Of a stretch of DNA of 64,000 nt, positions 39,301 to 51,300 are shown one piece after another. Within the stretch, counting starts at the first letter, position 1. Each line of letters starts with the position of its first letter. Where the stretch lies: NCBI GenBank assembly GCA_050084985.1, contig JBITNC010000002.1, positions 28,520,001-28,584,000 of the forward strand, given 5' to 3'. Position numbers and translations under genes: made by a program. This DNA is from Nageia nagi (Eukaryota > Plantae > Pinophyta). The notes beneath the pieces were generated by a model. It did not search any database. It had not been told where the DNA came from and saw only the letters and a program-made list of their open reading frames with translations.

Positions 39301-42300
39301 ACCTAGAAGACCTTTCTCAGTCCTTTACACAAAGGATGGACAATTTTTAAAATGGGGTAATGATGAAGTCTGTTTGGTGTGATCAAATTCATATTCCTTA
39401 AATATTTCTGATTTTCTAATGAAACGCAGTTTTAGATCCATTTTTTGACGTTATTTGTTCCACCTCCCAAATTTTTGAGATTGAGGGAGGGTCATATGGC
39501 GCTTTCCAATTTGAGGTCCAGATTGGAAAGTATTTGCCCTCCGACTTTTTCAATTGGCAGGGGAGGGATTCAGGTCACAGTTCTGTAGGTGATATTAGCC
39601 AGATATATGAATTGGAAAATCAAGTTTATGCATATGTCATGTTCATTGGTAAGTGTCTTCAAGGAAAATGTTACTTTGCATTATTCAGAAACTATCAAGT
39701 TTATATTTACTTTCTGTTCTCATTGAGCTGAAATGTGTGTCAAACTTCATCGATAATGGTTTTCTATTGAATCCATAGTGTCCCAATTTGCTAACAGTTT
39801 TCTTGTGAACAGTTATGAGTGTCCCTGTTCACTGAACTGTTGCATTTTGAATGGAATGTAATATGTCCCAGTCACCAATGATGTTTGTAAGTGTCAAAGT
39901 TTGCTGATGTTGATATTTTCTGAGTGGTTGAGTGTGTCCCAGTATACCAAAGTTGTGGTGTTCGAACTGTAAGTTTACATGCTAGTCCACAAAGGATATG
40001 TTGTGTCCACACAACACACCCCAAAATGCAAGATTTTGGGGACCCTATTTTTGCAAAGGCAATGAAGTGAATTGCCTAGACAATGGTCTTAGCCTCTTAG
40101 GTGACAGGATAGTTGATTCTGAGCAGTGTAAAAGAGGATATCAGGGAACGATATATGGAGATTACCTGTTGAAGTCCCTGAAGTGATTCAGAGAATTCGG
40201 TCACCAGTTTTGGAGCTAGGATTTGAGCAACGCCACAAAGTACATGATTTTTAGGTCTTGAAAAGACCTATGGAAATGGGGTTATTTTTGAATTTTTCCG
40301 AAGTAGAATTCAGAAGACATGAGCCAGTGAAGGACACCGTTTCAAGCACTTTTAGGCTTCGAAATTCGACCAAGTTTGCTCCCTCCAAAATCTAGGCACA
40401 GGCTTTATGGCTTTGATAACATCAAAGAGGAAAAGCATGCACCAAACATGAAAATGAGTATTTTTGACCAAATTTGGAATGCATTTTTGAAGACATGGGA
40501 TGATGAAGAAAGGAAAACCAAGTGCTTTTGCTCTTGGAAATTTGAAAAAAGACCAAAAAATATGTCCAAGGGTGGTAGGCGCAAGTTTTGACAATTTGAT
40601 ATCACCAAAGCTAGAAAACATGCGCCTAGGCCATAAGACACTTAAATTTGACATTTTTTGGAAAAATACTAAAAGACCCAAGGTTATGAAGCATCAAATT
40701 CTAAACATATTTGGCCTCGGAAGCATCCAAAAAAGATCATAATTTCTCACTCAAGAGATAGCGCACATTTTGAGGGTTTGATATCACCAAAGCTAGAAAA
40801 CATGCACCTAGCCCCATTACACTTGAAAAATGTTAAAATTTTGACTTTGACTAATCAAAATTTGGGCACATAGGTATTATGGAGGGTCAAAAATTAAATA
40901 CCTTTAACCTTGGAATTTTGGAAAATAGCTAAGTTTGCTTCATCCTAAGCCTAGGCACAAGTTTTGGAGCTTTGATCTCATCAAACTTGAAAAATATGCA
41001 TCTCATGGAAAAATCCACCTTTTGGTGCAAGTAAAAAAGTCAAAAAGTCAATTATTGTGGGCTAAATGAAATCCAAAGGATTGGTACCTCATAAAAAATT
41101 TAAAAAAATCAAAAGTATAAGGAAAATGAGTGTCCACCTTTTTGAGCCACTTTTTGGAGCAAGCCTCACAAAAGTCAACTTGTCAACAATTGTAGGCTAG
41201 GAAAAAGACAAAAGACATTTGCCTTACAAAAAGAATTAAACAAAAAATCAAAAGTTAGATTCGGATGAAACGCCACCTTTTTTCTTTTTGAAGCAAGCGT
41301 CACAAAAGTCAACTTGGTCAACAATTGTGGGCTAAAGCAAAAATACAAAGGAGTTTCAAAAATGTGACATAACATTGATAAGACTTCAAAAAGTGAATTA
41401 AAGGCTTGGAGAAGGGAAACCCATGCTCAACTTGAGAATGGACACATTTTTTAATGCATGGAAAGTTGCAAAAGGCAAGGGGCGCATTTTTTTGGAGTTT
41501 GATACATCAAAAAGTAAAAATGTGAGCCTAAAGGAGTAATAGTCCAAAAAGTGAAATATTTGTACAAAGGTAATGATAAGTCTAGTTAGGCGCATGTTTT
41601 GAAGCTTTTTCTTCATCAAAACAAGAAAACTTACGCATATGGAAAAGGGTACAACTTTTTGATCTTTTAAAAATGCAATTTTTTAGAATACAAGCTTGTG
41701 AGTAATGAAATGGCAAATATATTTAACCTTGGAATTTTTGAAATTACACCAAAATTGAAGCATCTATGGTTAGGTGCATTTTTGAAGGCTTTGATAGCAT
41801 CAAGAGGAAAAAACATCCGCCTAGGGAGGAAATAGGTCCATTTTGACTAAAATTCAAAACTGATTTTGAAGACACATGAACATGGAGGGTCAAAATTCAT
41901 GCATATTTGCTCTTGAAATTTTGCAAAGTGGCCAAGAAATACTCCTCCCAAGACAAGGCGCACATTTCAAGGCTTTGACATCATCAAACAAGGAAAAATG
42001 GTGCCTAGAGCCAAAACACACATTTTTCACCAAAAATCAAAATCATTTTTAAAGACATGAGAGTGTGCACAATCATTTTTCAAACATGATGGCTTTGGGA
42101 ATTTTCAAAATTGCTCAAAATCACATCTCCCAAGGCTAGGCGCTTTTTTTTGGAGTTTGGCATCATCAAAGATTAAAAAAATATGCGCCTAGGGGGAAAA
42201 TAGGCCCATTTTGGCCAAAAATCAAAATTTCATGGAGTCATGCCCAATGTGAATTCAAACATGTTGACCAAGGAAGTACTCAAAAGAGAGCAAAAATGCA

Positions 42301-45300
42301 AATTGTACACCTAGGTGCAAATTTTTGGACTTTGGCAACATCAAGCATTAAAAAGATGCACCTAAGGTGGAGTAGGACTACCTAGCATGCAAAATGCACC
42401 TTGGAAAGTGATAAGCAAGGCTAACGAGAATGCAGAACGCACCAAAAGCACATTTGAGAACCAAACTTGAACACTTGAGCACCAAAGTTGGGCACTAAAC
42501 CCAATTTTGCACCAAAGTGCTCAAAATCTCAAAAATTGATTCCAAGCTCCAAAATTCTTCAAATCAATCCAAAATAGCTTCAAGATCCATCGCCTATCCA
42601 TCCATGGCCTTATTGCATTAATCCGGGCACTTTTTAAATTTTTTCCAAAATCACCCTCCATGGTCATTTTCAAAATTTGGACCAAAAATCTACTTTTTTG
42701 AAAAATCCTCACCAAATTGCTTGAAAGTTTGCCAAGAACATTCAAATGAAGGTTGAATCCATATTTGAGAAGAAAAGGTACTTAATAATGATGGAGGAGA
42801 TCCAAAACAGCCTCAAGATTCTGTCAAAGAAGGCTCAAATTTCTATGTATTTTAGCTTATGTGGTTGATGGGATGAGTTTTTGCTCCCACAATTTGAAAT
42901 GTAATTTCAATATCAATTTTGCATTTCAATTTGAATTAGGTCAAAATAAGGGCAACACTAGGTTGCTCTCAAAAAAAAGTCTATTAATAGACCCTAAGGG
43001 GTCTCATTTGTGGCAGAATGTTTCAGAGCAAAATTTGCGAAAAAGTAGCAAATTGATGTATCCTTGTAACCTTTTGAGCAAATTAATACCAATTGGTGAA
43101 CTATTGAAAACAAAGTAAATTGTCATTTGTGGGATTGTGAATTAGATCTTTAGAGCTTTCTTTAGTGATTTGGATTCTTTCATACCCTTTCCTTGAAAAT
43201 TTTCGAATTTTAGGAAAAAAAATATGAAGATTTTTAAAAGTTCCTAAATCATTCATAGATCGTTGCTAATCCATAATTTGCATGTTAAATGAACGTAATC
43301 TAAAATTTCTTTCATTCTATGCTATCCAGTTAGACCTTTTATTCGAAACAGAGTTCGTGCACACACATGTTGTGTTAAGTTTTTCTTTTGATTGCTTATT
43401 AGTCCTAATTAGGTGTATTGATAATCAACTTTGCCCTCTACTCCTCTTGAAAATAAATTAGAATTAGGTCATTTTACTTTCAAGTTGGAAGACTTCGAAT
43501 GAAATTTCTTAACTCATTCGGAAGTAAGAAATCTTAGACAATGCTTCACTATGACATTTCTTTTGTAATCTAACCAATATTGCATCATTCTCTACTTTTC
43601 TTTTCTTTATTTTTCACATTCGTTAAAGATTTAAAACAACCTTTGCTCTTTGACATAAACACCTCAAGTTCCCTAAAAAGCGTGAGTTAACACTTATTAC
43701 TTCTATTACACCATTGTTCCGATTCCTGAACAAGAGTTACTACAAATCGAGCATATTTCCATTTTGCTATTTTTGAAACTTTGGGGTCTCAATCCTTACA
43801 AGAGGAGATAAGTAACGCTATATCACCTAATGTTGGGTTTCTTTCCCATTCGATCACCTCCAATGATGCACATTGTAAGAGGAAAGATGTCCATCCCAAC
43901 AAGATATGCTACACCAAATTAAAAGTGTGTATCCTAGTTTGTTAGAGTGTTGCTTTGTTGCATGTTACCAGCAAACCAAGTACACTATAATCTCAAATGA
44001 TGCAATAAATTGGGAAATGTTATGATTGTAAAAGTACTATCATTTATCTCCACTTGTTACAGGAGTTGGTGAACCTTGCATGTAGAAACTCCCACTTGTT
44101 GCAAATGGTGTCCCAGGTTCAAATTCCACCCCCTACAAATGGAGATATGTTCCAAATGTCAAAAGCAGCATGATTGTTCCATATGTAAATGGTTTCGGGC
44201 CCTTTAACCAACCTTATGACTTGTATAAAACATAACAACCCGCCTAGATGAACTCTCTAAAATTAGAGAACTTTTGGACTGATTTTTAAATTGTCAAAGT
44301 TTCGTAGTTTTATGAATGTATATGCCATAGGTCTGATAGAGATTCCTTGTTGTGATCTATGACATGCTCTCCTGAGATAAATGAAATTTAATATACATGT
44401 ATGTCTTATTATGTCTACAATTGATTTCTTGAATCTATGAAATATTATGCAGAAATATACCTTGTTACATCAAAATTAGTGATGTATACTAGATAATTTA
44501 TGATGTTTCGAAATATTGTATTGCATGGTACGACTCACTCTTTTCTTGTTTGTTTCAGGTCAGACCAGCTACTTGGACTTTCAAGATGATCCGAAAGTAG
44601 AAGATAGAGATAGAGATGTTCAAAAGAGATGATCGAAGTCACAAGAGAGTTCTTAAGAGGACATGCATTGAACATTGGCACAATGATGGGTTGAACTTCT
44701 TTCCTCCTATCTTTTTCTGTGTTTGCAATTGTATTCATTAACTAGGCATAGAAAGTGAAAAATTGATTAAGATTTGGTAACTTAATAGATACCTAGAAAA
44801 TCACATTTTTCTCCCTAGGTCCTAAACTATTAGACTATTTGTCCTTAAATTATGGACACAGTACAAGCAAAAAGCAACTAGGAGCTTAAAATATAATCGA
44901 TATGTTAGTTTGCCAAGTCCTACATTGCCCTAAAGGAAAAGAGGAAACTTAATGTTGGCAAGGATTTCATTCCTGCAGCAACTCCAAATTACCGTAGACG
45001 TAAGCCTCCCAGCATCTTAGTTGGAAATATGTTACCTATTCCCTACTTGTAAAGGACTGTCTACCTTCAAGGCTCTTTTCAAAACTTCTACTCAACACTC
45101 TGAACATTTGTAGCAACCTATAAAGCAAAATCCAATGCTTGTACAAATGTCTCTGCGTAGTGATATCTTGCTCGTGAAGTATCTCTCTTTAGAATTAGTC
45201 TAAGTGCAATGTTTTAGAGGTAACTGTTAACCAACATATTTATATAGAGTTTGTTCGTAATATTTGTGTATAAAATTAATGATCATATATATGATTTTTG

Positions 45301-48300
45301 AAATAAATGAAAGCATAAAAGTAATACTGGAAAAGTGAAAAGCTGTGCTTTTAAGAAAAGAAACGAATACTTGATGAGATACAAGATTGAAGATCATAAT
45401 AAAGCATTGTTTAAAAGTTCATCTCTTTTGAATCAATTAAGAAGATTTCATCCAAGTCTTCCAATTTTGCAAACAAACAACTATTGTCTGAGTTGATTCA
45501 AAGAGGAGCCGGAAGTAAAGCTAATTGTTGGTATCCATAAAAACTGGCCAAACCAATCAAAGGGACACGTATGAAATCAACACGTGACTAGGACTTAGAG
45601 TTTGGATGAAAGATCTAATTAGATGTCATGAAAGTAGAAACATATTCAGAATACCCTATCTAACTTGCATATTGTGAATCAAGCAACAATCGTAGACTAG
45701 TTTCAAGCATTTGTTGTTTCATGCATTATTTTTTAAATTCCAGAGGATTTGGTGACTCTCATGTCAAACAGCATTTCCATTTCCAAAATGGTACTCGTTT
45801 TTAGTTGTGGGCAACTAATATATATAGATATTAGTTATTACACAAATGGACAAACATATATTTAACTGCGTGTAAGTATTCTAGTCATATCTGTGTCTGC
45901 CTTCACTCCCATATCTAATTAGAAATAGAAACCACCAGAAGAAGCAAAACTAACAATAAAAGATTAGCTTGAAAATCTAGAAAAACAATTTAAAAAAATA
46001 ATTGTAAGCCCTATTACTTATCCTGTATAAAATGTGAGTTTTAACTTAAATTGAAGTCATAAAATGCAAACTAAATTATCTTCTGTGCTTCTGCATAACA
46101 AAAGCATCATCATACATAAGACCTGTGTTATCCATTGTAAACAGTATTTCAGATCTAAACAACTTTCACATGTTTGTTACATAATTCATTGAAGTTATTC
46201 TTGAAAAGTCCACTGAATCATCAACAGGATGGGATAAGATGTGACGTACATGCTTGGCTTTCTGTGGAAAATCCTGCAATGCTTGAAATGAGTATTGGCG
46301 GAGTGATGATGCCTCCAACCTGGAAATTACAAACAACAGATAAACAGTTAAACAGCATTATATAGAGCGGATTGAAAACATATCATGTGGTATTCCAACT
46401 CAGAACTAAAATTTGAATTTTCTTTTTTTATCGCATATTATGTCACTAATCAATAAGAAAAGCATATTGTTACAACAGTGGGTTACTTTAGACTCTAGAT
46501 ACATAAAAATAGAAAAATGTATTAAAATATGTACAATTAATCAAGGATTGAAAATTTGTCAATTGCCATTGATCGTTTACCTTGATGCTGCGATTAATCG
46601 GCAACTCAGAAACAAAGCGCCAAAAAAAAACATGACAGAAATATTGCTATGTATAATTTTGCATTACCAAAACACATAATACTATATTACAAACATATTT
46701 TTTGCACAGGGCTTACAGCCTTACATAAATATATATCGAAAATTCGAAATACGTATCGGAATGTTTCTTTAATTTTGCAAAAAAACAAAATAGAAAATCC
46801 AAACATATCAATGATGTGCTCTCTTTTTCTCCAAGTTTGACTGCTTTTTCTCTTTTTAGAAATATTATTCAATGATGGGTTTTTATATAACTGAAATATT
46901 ATTCTAGTTTTTATCATAAAAATCATTCAAGAATTAGAAAATCCACACAACACTTAAATAACATATTAATATATCTAAATAAATCTTCTTTCCAAATAAA
47001 AAACACAATGTAGAAAACAAAACTCAAAATATTATATATAAAACATCGTCTATAGCCAAAGAAAGATCAAAACAGCCCAATGCAAAGGGCAACTCAAAAT
47101 TATCCAACAAATATAAAAAACGGCTTCATCTGTTAAATTAGCACTTTCTAAATCATCTTCTAGATTATCAAATTCTGAATTTTTACTTTCTCAAGTAATA
47201 AGCCTTTATCTCAACACAAACAACATGTTCTCTATATTCGAAGGTCAAACAATTTCAACATTCATCCATTGTTCATCTGACATTTTGCTTTAAACTCCTA
47301 TTCAATACAAGTCTTTAAATAGAATCCAAATCAAAAGAGGCAATCAATCCCATTTGTCTTATCTTCAAAGAACGTATTCAGTGAAGCTCTCCCCATCCTT
47401 CTTAGTCTTTGAGACAAGGACAAATCTCAAACCAAAGCAAGGGCAATTACATAGGTTTATTCATTGTATTCATCTTATTTTGTATAATAGATTTGCATAA
47501 GATCTTTGGAGGGGCAATTGCACAAGACCCTATCAAACTCCATACCCATTTTTATTTTGAAACATGGCCTTGAGTCCTCTCCCTTGACCATATTCCAAAA
47601 GGCACTATGATGAGCCTAACATGGGCTGAATAGTATTTCGCCCAAATCCTTCAAGTTCGAAATCCAAATGAGAAGCAAAACTACCAAATGTGCCCTAGGA
47701 GAGGAATGTTGGTCTTCAAACTCCAAATCTCACCAATCAAGCTCAAAATTAATGAAAATACACCAACATCTAGCAATATAGCGCATGAACAAGCAAACAA
47801 CCGCAAAAAATACTCAACATGCAAGTGCTTAAGGCTAGATCTCATGAAACAAACCCAACATCTCACTTATAGAAGCTTAAACTCATGTAATTACCACAAT
47901 CATGCACTTAATATCCAACATCCAAGCATATAGAGAGAAATAACAAGGAAATAGCAAAATAATGTAATTGTATTTGAATATGGAATGGGATGAATCTCAA
48001 TTACAATAATGTTGCTAAGAAGAATGATGCACCAGGGCTCAATTCCGCAGTGTGGCAAGGTTTGCACCAGGGCCTCCTCCTCCAACAGTTGTGGTGGGAT
48101 CTTAGAGATCCACTAGCAGTATTTTGATAATACAAGGGTAATGCCAACACCCCTCAAGTAGATAGCTATCAACTTGGGTTGCACCAACCCCCAAGTGTGT
48201 GCCAACGTAAGTCCTGTACTACACCCCACTACAAGTACCTCACTATGAAGAAGTGGAATTCCGAAAGAGCAAAGCTCCAACCAAGAAGAAATAATAGTAA

Positions 48301-51300
48301 TTGAATCATATCTTTGGTCTTCCAGGAGTCCTCCTTAAATGGGAGAGGTAGCTTATCTTCTAATCTTGAGTTGAGGTAGATCCAACGGTGTACAAAGGTG
48401 ATCCGTGTGCTCACATAGCCAACGTCTAAGATGAGGAGTCTTGGGATGAGAGTTATCACATCCAAGGGCTCCTAATTGCAACACCTCATGTAGGGGGATT
48501 CCCATGCGCATTGGGATCCACAAAATCATCATTAAAGCCTCCTAGTGTGATGTTGATCCTTGGGGCTCTCCATGGTGCCTTGGGATGCCAAATAGCAATC
48601 CAATTCCTCTAGGTGTGCCACGTCGAAGCATGGGTGTCTTCTTGTGCCTCATGATAGATAAAATTACCTTAATTCATGCTCTACCTTGAGAGGGGAGCAA
48701 TTAATATAAGAGAGGCCCATTAATGCCAATATTACAATCATCAAGGCTCTATGTATGCAACGTCCCAAATTAGGTGACTAATATTGCATTTACAATTAAT
48801 AATTAGCCTTGGTATCATTATTGGCATAATTAAGTATTAAATTACATCTAACACACTAAAATAGGCCCCAACGTCCCATAATTGGAGTAATTAATTAATT
48901 TCCAAGTGGAACTTACAATAGTTGAGCTAAATATCCATTAAATTGCTAAAAATAAATAAAAACACTCCTAAATTAATGTTCCCATTTATCAGAGGTGAAA
49001 TGGAGAAAACATCACAAAAATGGAGACATTACAGGCACAATGTAGACATCTAAAATACCAATTTAGACCCACCTTGATCTATTCTTGGCTAACTTCTAAT
49101 CTTGGAAAGAAAGACTGGATTCTTCCCGATAAAATTATTACCTCGATCAACTTTATCTTGAGCAAACTCATACATCCTTATAATCTTTCGCAATTTCTTA
49201 ATAGATCAAAGCTTCAAATCATTTTACAAGTTGGACATGAAACGCCCAAATCTATTCCATAGATTGTTAAGAATATTATCAAAAAATTTCATCTCAGTTG
49301 TCTCCATACCTCCTACAGTTTTCATAGAAATAAATGAAAAATCTTATTAAAAAATGCACTCACCGAAGCATAAACCTGTAATTACAATCTTCTTTGTTGA
49401 AGCCTTCCTAGATAGGTCCATATGCTTTTTGGCATTCTCCTCATCAATGTACTAAAGATCTGGATTTATATTCATGGCCAATATTGTCCATGTAGTCTCA
49501 TTATGGTATTGTGTTGGATCCTTGGAGGGGTTTCTCCTCAATGGTGTGCCCCAAATGATAAGCCATAGAAGTTTCACATAACTACTTTAAGAAATTGTCC
49601 CTATCCAAGGGATCTAAAACCTTCTAATGAGTTTTTGTCAATTTTTAAAGAAAATTTTCATAACAAAGAGAAACCAACTGTATCAATGCATGGAGCTCAA
49701 AATCTCAGCCAGGATAAAAGATGCAATTGCCCAAAACTCATTAACGATCAAAAGACATGGCTTTTGAAAGATACAAGCAATATAGTGAAAAATCACCAAA
49801 ATAGGAAAAACGTTACCAACTTTAGAACACCAAGTGGCACGTCAAAAGCTCACTTGCCTCACTACCTCAAAAATTGTGCCCACTAAGATCTTGAGCCTCC
49901 AAAAGTCAATATTCAAAAATTTGCAGTTTTTGAACACTCCAACAGCTAGGAACCCTTCATACTTGAACAATGAAGATGAAGGCTCAAACAACACAACTAA
50001 AAAAAGTTGAAAAGTACACCCTACCTAATTTTTTATAAGGATTCTATTCTGAAAATAGAATTGTGAAACTATGCATTGATTTCATGAAACTGTGATTCTT
50101 GAAAATTCTTTAACTGGCGAAATTTATCCTAGTGAGCATCAATCCAAGAGAAAAATTGGACCTTGGCTCACACATAACATACTCTTCAATCCCACTGGGC
50201 AAATTTGTGGTCCTTCAAACAAGAAAAATCATAAAATCTTATTTGCATTGTTGCATAAACTTTACTTTTAACTCCAGCTCTAATGGAGTCTTGTTATAGC
50301 TTTCATACTGTGATGAGTTGCAATGGGGTTTATAACAATCAAACACCTCAAGCATTCCTTACAAAAATAAATAGAACAAATATTGAAACGGAATGAAAAT
50401 ACTTCAACCAAGAAAAAAAAAGTTGAAGAAAAGGAAAAAAAGAATGTGGGTGGGTAAAAGCCCAAAATATTTTCAACAATACGGGCAATAATACAAATGA
50501 AGAAGAAATGAATATTACAGTAATCCACAAGATTCTTTAGGTGAAGGACAAGGCCTTGTATATATAGGCACTAAGTTTTCGCAATTGCCAAGGAGTACAC
50601 ATATCCCTAGAAAGGTATGCTGTGATCTAAGTGACATTACAACCCTAATAGGGTTTCAATAATGGATCAATCCACACACATACAATATCAACCAATGGTA
50701 GTTAAGTGACACCAGTCAATAATAATAAATAAAGTATTAATACATACACAACCTAAGTCAAGCTTAACCTCCAATACCCTGCCTTATGATTGACTAAGGG
50801 AATCTTTAGAACTGGACTCAGAATCTGCATCATCATCCGGAGCAGCAGCTTGTCCTGAACAAGAAGCGAAGGTTTCATCACCATAACACTTTGGTCTCTT
50901 GAACATTGAGAAAAAAGTATTGTTCTTTCATTCCTTGCCTTGTCAAACATTTAAATCCCATCTTCTAAAGCAAACTACACTTTAGGAATGATGTTTGTCT
51001 TCCTATAACAGCCATTAGACAATACTAAAGAAGCTGAAATTCGAATATCTTAGTCAGTCAGGTTTTTTATCTTCGTGCTTTATTTCTGCATAAACTTAAA
51101 CATTTTTATTCATGTCAATTCCTTACATTTGCTCTCCATTCCATGTGTTATTTCTGCATTAATTAATGGAAGTTCAGTTTCCTCATTTGTGTTCAACACA
51201 AGCAACTTGACAGAAATGGAAAATATATTGCCAAATATTTTCATCCAATTCATTGGCAATCTCAACTGATTTTATCATTTTAGTAAACAACAAAGCACTT

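Noticed and set aside
44560-44700. Plus-strand acceptor followed by a short open stretch (possible nested gene)
   Set aside because: No recognisable protein, stops follow quickly, and there are no partner exons.
50200-51050. Possible Copia-type LTR and internal remnant on the minus strand
   Set aside because: Only a TATA box and a PPT-like tract are visible; no second LTR, TSD or clear domain.
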